Assembly (NCBI GenBank): GCA_049472335.1
Contig: JBLIRO010000025.1
Coordinates: 1-61,276 of the forward strand
Origin: a bacterium
Lineage (GTDB): Bacteria > SZUA-182 > DTGQ01 > JAFGSM01
DNA: 61,276 nucleotides
Direction: 5' to 3'
Shown: one piece after another, positions 1 to 9,510 of the stretch
How the letters are laid out: each line of letters opens with the position of its first letter
Numbering within the stretch: the stretch's first letter is position 1
Position numbers and translations under genes: made by a program
The notes under the pieces: model-generated
Seen by the model: only the letters and a program-made list of their open reading frames with translations
Databases searched by the model: none
What the model was told of the DNA's origin: nothing

Positions 1-498
1 TTTGGTTATAGTCTTTGAATCTTCATCTTCCTCTGTTACAGTCAAAGAAACTGAATAGGAACCAGTTGTGAAAACATGAGTTGGATTTTGTTCACTAGAA
101 GTTGTTCCATCTCCAAAATCCCATTTATATTTACCCCCAGTAAGATTATTGTCAGGATCTTTTGCTATACCTTTTAGAATTGTAGACTTGCCTGGCCATG
201 TTTCGTGAGGGACCAAAAGGTCGGCAGGATACCAGGGTACGCAAATAACCTTTGGCGGAGCAGCATATGCCTCAGCAGGGAAGAAAAGATCAAGGGCATT
301 TTTAAAGGCATCCGCAATCTCAGAGAATATGCCTTGGGATTCTTCAATAGAAGATACTGGACTGGCCGGATAAGACCTTGCGAAGGAAGGGGGCATTATC
401 CATATGCAGGATTGCACCAAAAAGACATAACAAATAAGAAAAATAATTGATTTACAAAAATGACTTCCATTAAAATGACTTATGAACCCTTTTTCCAT
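1..498 (-). CDS. Secreted PKD-domain protein, N-terminal 166 aa (runs off the left edge; not in the ORF track)
   Basis: Hand translation from ATG at 498 (SD GGAGAGGG upstream) has no stop down to base 1: MEKGFISH...IIFLICYVFLVQSCIWIMPPSFA (signal-like)...YKWDFGDGTTSSEQNPTHVFTTGSYSVSLTV, the PKD signature. Confidence 0.85.
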   Translation of the reverse strand, partial: MEKGFISHFNGSHFCKSIIFLICYVFLVQSCIWIMPPSFARSYPASPVSSIEESQGIFSEIADAFKNALDLFFPAEAYAAPPKVICVPWYPADLLVPHETWPGKSTILKGIAKDPDNNLTGGKYKWDFGDGTTSSEQNPTHVFTTGSYSVSLTVTEEDEDSKTITK

Positions 499-584
499 CT
501 TTCCCTCTCCTTATTTTTTAAGGAATTTAACCATTCTAAATCATATCTTTCCTATATATTAATTATTTTTTTACATCTGCATTT

Positions 585-1781
585 TCAATTTTCAGAAACC
601 TTTGTAAATGACATGGAGATTGGCAATGATGCCTTAGGGTTAGCAAAATCTTTCAATTCTGCCAGGGCCTGTTTGATTTCTTCATAGGATATGCTGTTTA
701 TCTGACAACTTTGCCCTAAATGATCCGGCATAATTAGAGTAAGTTCCCCCCCCAGATGCTGTCGAAACTCTTCCAATCCTTTATATATACAAAAAAGATT
801 ATTTTCGTCTTTTTTCTCAAGTATAGAATGCCATAGAGAAAAGCCGCAATCTTTTAGCCCCTGGCAAACCAATCCATATTCCTCTTGATTTATCATGCCT
901 CGATTTAGCGCTATTGTCATATCAAGCGCTATGCCGATAGCAACTGCTTCTCCATGGCGAAGTTCATGTTTGGTCAGGATTTCTATATAATGTGCGCTCC
1001 AGTGTCCGAAATCCAGGGGCCTAGCGGTGCCGAATTCAAAGGGATCACCACATGTGGCTATATGTTCGGCATGTATTTTGGCACAGCGCCTGACTAACAT
1101 CTCCATGGCTCTTTCATCCCGGCTGTATAATTTTTTTGTATTACGAACTAAATCGTACAGGAATTTCCGATCCTTGATAATGGCAACCTTGAAAGCCTCG
1201 GATATACCTGCAAGCCAATCGCGTAATTCCAATGTCTTTAAAAAATCAAGATCATTTATGACACCACAGGGAGGTGTAAATGTGCCAAAATAATTCTTTG
1301 TGTCATAGAGATTTATACTGTTTTTTACCCCAACTCCCGAATCATTTTGAGACAGAACGGTTGTCGGTATCCGCATGTGACGAACACCCCTGTGGGTAAT
1401 AGAGGCAATAAATCCGACGGCATCCAAAACTGCACCGCCTCCGATAATGATCACACAGGAATGACGGTCCAGCTTCGTAATGCGCATGTTGCGCGCTATG
1501 ACCTTAAGATATTCAAAATCATTTTTACATTGTTCTCCGCCAGGGACAAGGATCACCGGAGAAACCATGGTCCCGCATTCCGGATGTTTATCGAACCATT
1601 CCCCAATACGGTGTTCCAGACCGGGCCATGACGTTGCAACACCCGTATCAGCAAAAACCAATACCTTTGGCTGTTTATTACCCATAACCTCTTTTAAAAC
1701 AGTATTTTCAGGAGCAAATAAATTTCGGGTAAAATGGATAGTATAGCTGAATTTGACGGTTATTTTTTGTTCGATTTTCAT
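585..1781 (-). CDS. eboD: EboD-type 3-dehydroquinate-synthase-like sugar-phosphate cyclase
   Basis: 398 aa; VPGGEQCKN, IGGGAVLDAVG, RIPTTVLSQNDSGVGVKN, GDPFEFGTARPLDFGHWSAH, LRHGEAVAIG, GLEEFRQHLGGELT, characteristic of the EboD subfamily; eboB and eboC homologues nearby. Confidence 0.85.
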   Translation of the reverse strand: MKIEQKITVKFSYTIHFTRNLFAPENTVLKEVMGNKQPKVLVFADTGVATSWPGLEHRIGEWFDKHPECGTMVSPVILVPGGEQCKNDFEYLKVIARNMRITKLDRHSCVIIIGGGAVLDAVGFIASITHRGVRHMRIPTTVLSQNDSGVGVKNSINLYDTKNYFGTFTPPCGVINDLDFLKTLELRDWLAGISEAFKVAIIKDRKFLYDLVRNTKKLYSRDERAMEMLVRRCAKIHAEHIATCGDPFEFGTARPLDFGHWSAHYIEILTKHELRHGEAVAIGIALDMTIALNRGMINQEEYGLVCQGLKDCGFSLWHSILEKKDENNLFCIYKGLEEFRQHLGGELTLIMPDHLGQSCQINSISYEEIKQALAELKDFANPKASLPISMSFTKVSEN

Positions 1782-1855
1782 TCAAAATAATTTTCTGAAA
1801 ATCATTATTTAAAGCAAATAAATACCGTTTTGCTTCATTAAAGGGAATTCAAAAT

Positions 1856-2563
1856 CTAAATATTAATATTCTTCTTCTTTGCAATCCCCAGAATCCCTAA
1901 AATAAGGGAGCCAAAAAGTATCATTGTTCCGGGTTCCGGGACACTAACAGGACCACCTTTTATGGTTAAGGTGCTTGAGTAATAGATAGTATAATTACCA
2001 CTGTCAGGATCAGTATGCGAAAGGTAAAGATAAGATGAACCTGAAGGAACAACATCTGAAAGCTCTAAAGTTATGGTGCCGGTCTCACCTGAATTAAGTG
2101 AGAAATACCATCCAAGCGCCATTGAAACATCATCTTCCCAACCAGGGGGAACTCCGTTAGAATTATCCAGGGCCCCAGCTAAAACATTATAATAAATATC
2201 CCCAAATGCATATCCTGGCTCATCGATCTCCCAAGACTGCCCTGGAGCCGCTGCCCCACTCTCCATTCCAAATTCATTAAAAAAGGTGTTTATAGGCTCA
2301 TCGATTTCATGATCGAAGAAGGCAATAAAATTATGAGAGCCGGCAGTACTCGTACTCCAGGTTAAGGTTCCCAAACCGTCAATAAGTGTACCGGTTGTGG
2401 GCATGGTGTCTCCCGCGAAATATTCATATGTTGTTCCGTCTACATAAAATGCCCAGTCAAAAAGATCTATCATCACTGCCGAAACCCTTGAAATTCCGAT
2501 ACAACAAACAAATATTAAAGTTAATCCGATGATTAAATATTTCTTCATCCTTTTTCCCTCCAT
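1856..2563 (-). CDS. PEP-CTERM sorting-domain surface protein
   Basis: N-terminal signal peptide (MKKYLIIGLTLIFVCCIGISRVSA); C-terminus VPEPGTMILFGSLILGILGIAKKK = PEP motif, TM helix, basic tail. Confidence 0.92.
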   Translation of the reverse strand: MEGKRMKKYLIIGLTLIFVCCIGISRVSAVMIDLFDWAFYVDGTTYEYFAGDTMPTTGTLIDGLGTLTWSTSTAGSHNFIAFFDHEIDEPINTFFNEFGMESGAAAPGQSWEIDEPGYAFGDIYYNVLAGALDNSNGVPPGWEDDVSMALGWYFSLNSGETGTITLELSDVVPSGSSYLYLSHTDPDSGNYTIYYSSTLTIKGGPVSVPEPGTMILFGSLILGILGIAKKKNINI

Positions 2564-3075
2564 AAAAATTAAATCATTTGTAAAAAACCTTCTGAGAAAA
2601 CCTTGTTAAGATCTCATTTCTTATGGACATTAATTTTATTTGAAAATATATCTAATAATTACATAAAATATATCTCCTTCCCTATATACGTAACCTTATA
2701 CATAACCTTTTCTGAAATTTATTAGTTGAAATTTATTTAAAAATCTTTTCAATTGCCAAAATAATTTTAGCTAAATATCTGAATAAATATATAACTTTAG
2801 TCGAATTATAATTGTTTTTTCTTATAAGATATTGAAATCTGGATACCTTAAATTTCAAATCTAAAAATAGAGACTAAAAAACCTTTCCACTTTGATTCTT
2901 TTATTTTTTTAAGTTTTTAACTTTAGAAAGGAACTCCTATTATTGATTAATTTTAGATGAACAAATTTTTATTTTAAGGGTACAAATTGAAAAACCGAAA
3001 TTTTTTGAAAGCTCCATGAAATAATTTTATGAATTATAAATTATTATTAAATATCTTCCTAATCTAAAGTATAAA

Positions 3076-3093
3076 TACAAAAAATATGCCATA
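3076..3093 (-). promoter_or_regulatory. Sigma-54 (-24/-12)-like promoter facing the PEP-CTERM gene
   Basis: Minus strand TGGCATATTTTTTGTA: GG-N10-GT, with the -12 GC replaced by GT; enhancer-like boxes lie ~90-200 bp upstream. Confidence 0.55.
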
Positions 3094-3179
3094 GTTTTTA
3101 AAAGCTTAAAAAGCTTTTGATATATATATCAAAACAAATAATAAAAAAGGAGTGCTTAATCAGAAAAGATAGATAAAAT

Positions 3180-3298
3180 TGTAAAATAATCCAACATATT
3201 TCAAAATTAAGATCTATATTTTTAAGGCTAACATTATATAAAATAATATAAAATACCAACTGTAAACTATTCCGTCAGTGTTGATAAATTTTCCGACA
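3180..3298. promoter_or_regulatory. Three 17-bp enhancer-like boxes (PEP-CTERM/PrsR-type, TGTAAA-N5-CCGACA-like)
   Basis: TGTAAAATAATCCAACA 3180-3196; TGTAAACTATTCCGTCA 3261-3277; TGATAAATTTTCCGACA 3282-3298. Confidence 0.65.
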
Positions 3299-3903
3299 GT
3301 GCTGTGTCTGACTATTTCTGATTTTTAATAAAAAGTCTTATCTAATAAAGGGATTTATATGTATTTAGATACTATATATTCTATTATTTGGATAGTATCA
3401 GAAAATAAGTAATGGGATTTTTTTGTGAACTCACTATTGTTAACATTTGAGCCAAATTTCCTTCTAAAGCCTTCGTATTTTGTTATAGTAATACCTGCAA
3501 CAAATTTGGTTGAATTTTTTATTGTTCAAAAGTTTTGTCAGTGAGGTTAAATGGCCGAGTTTTTATCAAGATTATATAGATATTCTGCACGGCCTTTTTT
3601 AAATCCATCAAAAAGGAAATTTCCCAGGATGATTGCTACTCCTTTACATTTTTAATTCGTTGTTATATATTTCATAAAATAATATAAAAATAATAATTAT
3701 TTGGAAATACTATGAAACCTCAAAATATCAGGATAAAAAAAGGTTTCCGATACATTAAAATTAAATAAATCAATCAAAGATCCATGTAACTTATAAAGCA
3801 GTCAGAATGGACATAATAATATTAATATAATTTAAATATAATTTGCTGGATATAAATTATTTTAAAATCATTCTAATACAAAATACTTAAAGGATTAAAA
3901 ACC

Positions 3904-4728
3904 ATGAAAAATTTATTTCTCAAGATAACATGTTTATTCTTAATTTGCATCTGTTCCTTGTTTGTACCAACCACTTATGCAGAATCTCCTACTATTAATG
4001 ATCCTTTGGACAAAAAATCCAATATTCAGCAAATCGGGCCCGATGAATACAAAATTGGCGGTATAATGCTGAATAAAAAAAAGAAAGAAATACATATAAC
4101 AGGAAGCATTAATATGCAAAGTGGTTTGGTTGAATATCTTGCCTGTCAGGATGAAGTGGGAAAGCTCCATGAAAGCGTTTTAAAGCTTGACGCAAAACCT
4201 TCGGATATACAGGTAGCACTTTTGCTTTTAGGATTTAAGAATAAGAATAATTTAGAATTCCAGGGTGATTCGACCATACCGGAAGGGGATCCGTTAGACG
4301 TATTTGTAGAATGGAATTTACCGGATAAATCCACCAAAAAGGTTCGTGCCGAAGAATTGGTATTTGATCAACAAAAAAATAAAGCCATGGAAAAGACTTA
4401 CTGGGTTTTCACCGGATCGAAAATCATTGATGGTCAATTTATGGCTGATATGGATGGATCAATAATCGCAACCTTTCGTGATCCCTTGGCTATAATAAAT
4501 AATCCTCTGCCTACCGGTGCTGACGATACTGTATATGTAAGCAATGAGAAGCTGCTTCCCCCTAATGATACGAAGGTACATCTTGTAATAAAGGCCGCCG
4601 AAAAAGTATTAAAAAAAAATTCATCCCCTGCTAAAGATAAAGATATCGATAGTATTGATATGAATAATACTAAGAACAATAAGGAATCAAAAAATCCCAA
4701 CGTAAAGGTTATCGATGAAACACCCTGA
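3904..4728 (+). CDS. Exported YdjY-domain-like protein
   Basis: Signal peptide ending PTTYA; core VEYLAC...KLHESVL...PSDIQVALLLLG...GDPLDVFVEW...WVFTGS resembles YdjY-domain proteins. Confidence 0.65.
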   Translation: MKNLFLKITCLFLICICSLFVPTTYAESPTINDPLDKKSNIQQIGPDEYKIGGIMLNKKKKEIHITGSINMQSGLVEYLACQDEVGKLHESVLKLDAKPSDIQVALLLLGFKNKNNLEFQGDSTIPEGDPLDVFVEWNLPDKSTKKVRAEELVFDQQKNKAMEKTYWVFTGSKIIDGQFMADMDGSIIATFRDPLAIINNPLPTGADDTVYVSNEKLLPPNDTKVHLVIKAAEKVLKKNSSPAKDKDIDSIDMNNTKNNKESKNPNVKVIDETP

Positions 4729-4817
4729 TTAAATTATTTAATCAAAATTTTTTTATTATTTAAATTTGCCAACCGAAAATGCATATTTAAGACTTTTTAA
4801 TTCTTGGAGGTATAAAT

Positions 4818-6092
4818 ATGTTAAACAATTTCAAACCTTATTGGTTACTAAAGATTTCAAGTTTTTTTGTAATATTTTTACTCCTCATTTCTATAATGAA
4901 CCCCTTGAATACATTTGCGCAAACAGATCGAAAAAAGGAATTGGAAAAAGAAACGGCATCTTTAGAGGTAATAAGGCAAAAAAAACCTGATGTCTCCTTG
5001 AGGAAAGAGGCCCAGCACTCTATCGATATTGCCCTCAACTGGCTGAAGAATAAACAGAATCAGGATGGTTCCTGGTCCAACCCGGATTATCCCGCATTGA
5101 CCGCATTAGCGGCACTTTGTTTTTTACGGGACCCGTCTTCTCCTCTAAAGAATACTTCGCAATATCCGCCTTTTCTTAAAAATGCCCTTAATTTCATCAT
5201 TGGAAAGGTTCAACCCGACGGCGGGATCTATACTCCGGAAAAGGGCCTTCCAAATTATAATACATCCATTTGCCTGACTACACTAGTGGCAACAAGAGAT
5301 CCATCATATGTGCCTGTTATTCAAAAGGCCAGGAATTATATTATCTCTTTGCAGAAAGACGAAGGCGAAAAGGGCTCTGCGGATAATGTTCATAATGGGG
5401 GAATCGGATACGGGACAAAGGACCATTCCGACATGTCCAATATGTACATTGCACTGGAAGCTCTTGCTATAAGCAAAAAAATGGATTCAGACAGTCAAAA
5501 AGAATCACTGGAGATAGGCAAGGCTCAATCAAAGGATTTGGATTGGGAAGCGGCCTTAAGGTTTGTGGAACGGTGCCAGAACAATCCAAAATACAATGAT
5601 CAATCCTGGGCAAGCGATGATCCCCGTAATTTCGGTGGATTTGTCTATTTTCCAGGCAACAGCAAAGCCGGTGAAATGTCCTTGCCTGACGGAACAAAGG
5701 CCCTAAGATCATACGGCAGTATGACCTATGCCGGACTTTTGAGTTTTATTTATGCCCAATTGGAAAAAAATGACCCCAGGGTGCAGGCAGCCTATGAATG
5801 GATAAAAAAACATTATACACTGGAAGAGAATCCCGGTCTTGGAATGCAGGGATTATATTATAACTATCATACCATGGCAAAGGCGCTTGCGGTGTATGGG
5901 GAAGAAAAGATCCCTGTAAAAGGGAGAATAGATAGTGTAGAATGGCGGAAGGAGCTCTTGTCAAAGCTTATTGAGCTCCAGAAAGGCGATGGGAACTGGG
6001 TCAACGAAAATGGCCGTTGGTGGGAAAGCGATCCTGTTCTGGTTACCGCTTATTCGGTCCTGGCCATGGAAATTGCCTTATCGGGATATTAG
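4818..6092 (+). CDS. Exported prenyltransferase/squalene-oxidase-repeat (terpene-cyclase-fold alpha/alpha barrel) protein
   Basis: SD GGAGG; signal peptide; QW-like repeats WLKNKQNQDGSW, KVQPDGGI, LIELQKGDGNW; YGSMTYAGL and GLYYNYHTMAKAL motifs; single-barrel length (424 aa). Confidence 0.8.
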   Translation: MLNNFKPYWLLKISSFFVIFLLLISIMNPLNTFAQTDRKKELEKETASLEVIRQKKPDVSLRKEAQHSIDIALNWLKNKQNQDGSWSNPDYPALTALAALCFLRDPSSPLKNTSQYPPFLKNALNFIIGKVQPDGGIYTPEKGLPNYNTSICLTTLVATRDPSYVPVIQKARNYIISLQKDEGEKGSADNVHNGGIGYGTKDHSDMSNMYIALEALAISKKMDSDSQKESLEIGKAQSKDLDWEAALRFVERCQNNPKYNDQSWASDDPRNFGGFVYFPGNSKAGEMSLPDGTKALRSYGSMTYAGLLSFIYAQLEKNDPRVQAAYEWIKKHYTLEENPGLGMQGLYYNYHTMAKALAVYGEEKIPVKGRIDSVEWRKELLSKLIELQKGDGNWVNENGRWWESDPVLVTAYSVLAMEIALSGY

Positions 6093-6104
6093 AGTTGATT
6101 AATT

Positions 6105-6947
6105 ATGAATATAATTGAACCTCATATTCATATGTATTCCCGGACAACTGACGACTATCAGTCCATGTACAAGGCCGGTATTCGTGTGGCTGTTGAGCCT
6201 TCCTTCTGGCTTGGATCAGATCGCCGTTACGCAGGCACTTTTTTCGATTACTTCCGTCTAATCCTGGAATTCGAGACAGTCCGTGCCGCGCGTTATGGTA
6301 TCGATCACTACTCATGCATATCCGTCAATCCCAAAGAAGCGGAAAACCGGGCACTTGTGGACGAGGTTTTATCGGGTATGGATGAATATCTGGATCACCC
6401 ACGGTGCATAGGGATTGGGGAAATAGGGCTTAATAATATAACGGAAAACGAGATATATGCCTTCCGACGTCAGCTTTTAATGGCAGAGGAACGAAAGATG
6501 CCGGTGCTCGTTCATTTGCCGCATTTTAACAAGGCAAAAGGGGCTAGAATCATATTGGAAATTATTAAAAAAGAAGGCGTTACTCAGAACCGTATAGAAA
6601 TAGACCATAATACGGAAGAGACTTTACCGATTACCCGGAAAACAGAATGTTTTACAGGATTAACGGTTTATCCATATTCCAAGCTCAATCCTGAGCGTGT
6701 ATCCCATATCATTCGGGAATTCGGAGCGGAACGTATGATCATAGACGGCAGCGCGGACTGGGGTGTCTCAGACCCTCTGTCTTTACCCAAAACCATAGAA
6801 TATTTGCGTAATGATGGCCATAAGGAGGAAGACCTCCGGCTTCTTTTTCATGATAACGCAAATGCATTTTACAGCCAATCCCCCAGATGGAAACCAAACT
6901 ATAATATCAAACCAATACCTGTTTCGGAATATCAACGGCAGCCTTAA
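6105..6947 (+). CDS. eboB: EboB-type TatD-family metallohydrolase
   Basis: EPHIHMYSRTTDDY, EPSFWLG, IGEIG, IDHNTEET, SADWGVSDPL, typical of the ebo TatD subfamily. Confidence 0.85.
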   Translation: MNIIEPHIHMYSRTTDDYQSMYKAGIRVAVEPSFWLGSDRRYAGTFFDYFRLILEFETVRAARYGIDHYSCISVNPKEAENRALVDEVLSGMDEYLDHPRCIGIGEIGLNNITENEIYAFRRQLLMAEERKMPVLVHLPHFNKAKGARIILEIIKKEGVTQNRIEIDHNTEETLPITRKTECFTGLTVYPYSKLNPERVSHIIREFGAERMIIDGSADWGVSDPLSLPKTIEYLRNDGHKEEDLRLLFHDNANAFYSQSPRWKPNYNIKPIPVSEYQRQP

Positions 6948-6955
6948 AGATTCAT

Positions 6956-7870
6956 ATGACCTGTAACAGGAAATTCAGCCGTGCAGAAATCTTAAAGGGG
7001 TGGCTTGAGCTTACACGTCTACCCAATTTATTTACTGTTCCGGGCGATATCCTGGCAGGGGCATCAATGGCCCTGTTTATAAAGAAAGAAATACCATTCA
7101 TCCTTCCTGCCATTGTCATTTCCTTATCTCTTTATATTTCCGGGCTGATGCTCAATGATTTTTTTGACCGCAAGACGGATTGCTTAGAGCGCCCTGACCG
7201 GCCGATTCCATCAGGAAGGATATCCCATAATACAACTCTTATATCAGGCATATCGTTTATCCTTATTGCCCTGACACTAAGTAGTATTTATAAAAAGGTT
7301 TTCTGGATTTCTTTATGCCTTATATTCCTTATTTTATTTTATAATGGCTTTGCGCGTAAAATTCCTCTGTTAGGGATAATTGTAATGGGATTATGTAGAG
7401 GCATGAATCTGTTATTAGGTGCCTTTATATGTTCAAGCCCCATTAATAATATGGTCCTGACCGGAGCGATTGGAGAAACACTCTACATTGCTTCAGTCAC
7501 CAACCTTGCCTGTCATGAAACGAAAGATCATCCTGTAGGTATAAAAGTCTGGTTCCCCCTTATTTCTCTTCTTATCATTTTTCCCATACTGGTGCTTATA
7601 TCAAATAGTTCTAAATTCGGGATCTTTATGTGCTTTATAGCTATGTGCTGGATATTTTTTATTCAATTACAGATCAGAAAAAAAATGAAAAAACTTTCTA
7701 AAAGTATAGGAGATTTGATTCGAGCCCTGGTCCTCATACAATGTGCCTTGATAGCTCTTTCCATGGAGAAAAATCCGGTAAATCGACATTACTATCTGAT
7801 CGGCATTATAATTTTGTTTTTATTTTTTATTATATCCGACTTGTCAGCAAAAAAATTTTATGGTAGCTAA
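6956..7870 (+). CDS. eboC: EboC-type UbiA-family membrane prenyltransferase
   Basis: LTRLPNLFT..GDILAG, LNDFFDRKTDCLERPDRPIPSGRIS (UbiA Asp-rich motif), MGLCRGMNLLLG; many TM helices. Confidence 0.85.
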   Translation: MTCNRKFSRAEILKGWLELTRLPNLFTVPGDILAGASMALFIKKEIPFILPAIVISLSLYISGLMLNDFFDRKTDCLERPDRPIPSGRISHNTTLISGISFILIALTLSSIYKKVFWISLCLIFLILFYNGFARKIPLLGIIVMGLCRGMNLLLGAFICSSPINNMVLTGAIGETLYIASVTNLACHETKDHPVGIKVWFPLISLLIIFPILVLISNSSKFGIFMCFIAMCWIFFIQLQIRKKMKKLSKSIGDLIRALVLIQCALIALSMEKNPVNRHYYLIGIIILFLFFIISDLSAKKFYGS

Positions 7871-7882
7871 TAATGTCAAAAT

Positions 7883-7979
7883 TGTAAAAATTTTCGACTT
7901 ATTTAAGATATTAATATTTTATTTTGAGCTTTAGGCTATGAAAATTAAATAGAATGATTAATTGTAAACTATACTGACA
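7883..7979. promoter_or_regulatory. Two further 17-bp enhancer-like boxes in a convergent intergenic gap
   Basis: TGTAAAAATTTTCGACT 7883-7899; TGTAAACTATACTGACA 7963-7979 (first 10 nt identical to the 3261 box). Confidence 0.45.
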
Positions 7980-8079
7980 GTAAGGCATCTACACGATAGG
8001 TGATAAAAACCGGTCTCAGTTTCAGAATACTATACATTTTATAGTTTAAATAAGGATAGAAAACAGCCAATAAGTATTC

Positions 8080-9510
8080 CTAAAAACTCTCCAAAAATGC
8101 CTTATAAGCTTTGTATGTCATATAAAGATCGGCTTTGCTTATTATCTCACAGGGGGAATGCATCCCCAATACCGGGACGCCAGCATCCATAACATCCATA
8201 CCGTACCATGCCATAAATTTTGCCACGGTTCCTCCTCCACCTTCATCCACCTTGCCGATTTCGCCCGTTTGCCATATAACATTTTTTTCATCGAGTATTC
8301 TGCGGATTTTTGCAACAAACTCTGCATTGGCATCATTCGAGCCGGATTTTCCACCGGAGCCGCCATATTTTGTGAGACAAATCCCCCCTCCTATTTTGGC
8401 TGCATTTCTTTTGTCGAAAAGGTTTTGCCAGTCAGGTTCAATAGCGGAATTGACATCGGCGGATATACATTCTGAGTGTGCCAGGGTGAGCCTAAGTGAG
8501 CTTTCGTTTTGAATCCCTTTTAATCTTAATAAATCGCCCACAATATACTCAATAAAACAGGAATCAGTTCCTGTGTTTCCTTCACTGCCGATTTCCTCCT
8601 TATCCATGAACAGGCAAAGAGTCGTGTTCTCTGTTTCTTCTAGATCCCCTATGGCACGCAGAGCTGGATAAGCACAAGCCCTGTCGTCGTGACCATAAGC
8701 ACAAATCATGCTGCGGTCCCAGCCCAGATCACGGGCCTTCTCTGCGGGTACTGCCTCCAGCTCCGCACTCATAAAATCATCTTCGGTAATTCCATATTTA
8801 TGAAATAAAAGTTCGAGAAGGGCCAATTTAAAGCGTTGATCAAATTCCTTGTCCTTGGCATAAGGGATGGATGAAGCAATGATATTAAGATTTTCACCTT
8901 CAACGGCTTCTTCGGCCTTTTTCGTAGCCTGTGTCTTTCTCCAGAGATGAATCAGCAGATCGGATACGATAAAAACAGGATCATCACTATCTTCACCAAG
9001 TCTCAACTCTATTTCTGAGCCGTCTCTTTTTATAATCTTACCGTGTAATGCCAGCGGCCGGTTAACCCAGTGATATTTCTTTATACCACCATAGTAATGA
9101 GTTTTTAAAAGGCTGAGATTGACATCTTCATAAATGGGATTTTGCTTAAGGTCCAATCTCGGAGAGTCTATATGCGAAACAATAATTCGAAGCCCTTCCT
9201 CGATGGGTCTTTTTCCTAAAACTGCCATGGCAACACACTTGTTACAATGTAAATAAAATATTTTATTTCCGGAAGGATTGTCACTGATTGTTTGAAATCC
9301 CTTCCCTTTGGCAAATTTTATTATTTCCAGGGCGGCTTCTCTCTCTGTCTTTCCATTGTCCAAAAAAGACTTGTATCCCTCGGCAAAAGACATAATCCTT
9401 TCTTTTTCATCTTTATCTATTTCATCCCAGACTATTTTTTTCTTACTAAACAGCTTTTCCTTTAAACTTTTGGTTTCGTTTTTTATACATTCTTTGTTTT
9501 CCAACGCCAT
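8080..9510 (-). CDS. M18-family aminopeptidase
   Basis: SHIDSPRLDLKQNP, THYYGGIKKYHW, GHDDRAC, DKEEIGS, SADV, MHSPCE metal-ligand motifs. Confidence 0.92.
   Translation of the reverse strand: MALENKECIKNETKSLKEKLFSKKKIVWDEIDKDEKERIMSFAEGYKSFLDNGKTEREAALEIIKFAKGKGFQTISDNPSGNKIFYLHCNKCVAMAVLGKRPIEEGLRIIVSHIDSPRLDLKQNPIYEDVNLSLLKTHYYGGIKKYHWVNRPLALHGKIIKRDGSEIELRLGEDSDDPVFIVSDLLIHLWRKTQATKKAEEAVEGENLNIIASSIPYAKDKEFDQRFKLALLELLFHKYGITEDDFMSAELEAVPAEKARDLGWDRSMICAYGHDDRACAYPALRAIGDLEETENTTLCLFMDKEEIGSEGNTGTDSCFIEYIVGDLLRLKGIQNESSLRLTLAHSECISADVNSAIEPDWQNLFDKRNAAKIGGGICLTKYGGSGGKSGSNDANAEFVAKIRRILDEKNVIWQTGEIGKVDEGGGGTVAKFMAWYGMDVMDAGVPVLGMHSPCEIISKADLYMTYKAYKAFLESF

Noticed and set aside
205..450. 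81-aa plus-strand ORF from the track
   Set aside because: Antisense shadow of the minus-strand PKD gene, which has an SD, signal segment and domain motif
585..1781. Calling this gene aroB
   Set aside because: Subfamily motifs and eboB/eboC context indicate EboD; no shikimate genes are adjacent
4818..6092. Squalene-hopene cyclase / hopanoid cluster
   Set aside because: Too short, exported, lacks DxDD, and no hpn genes are present
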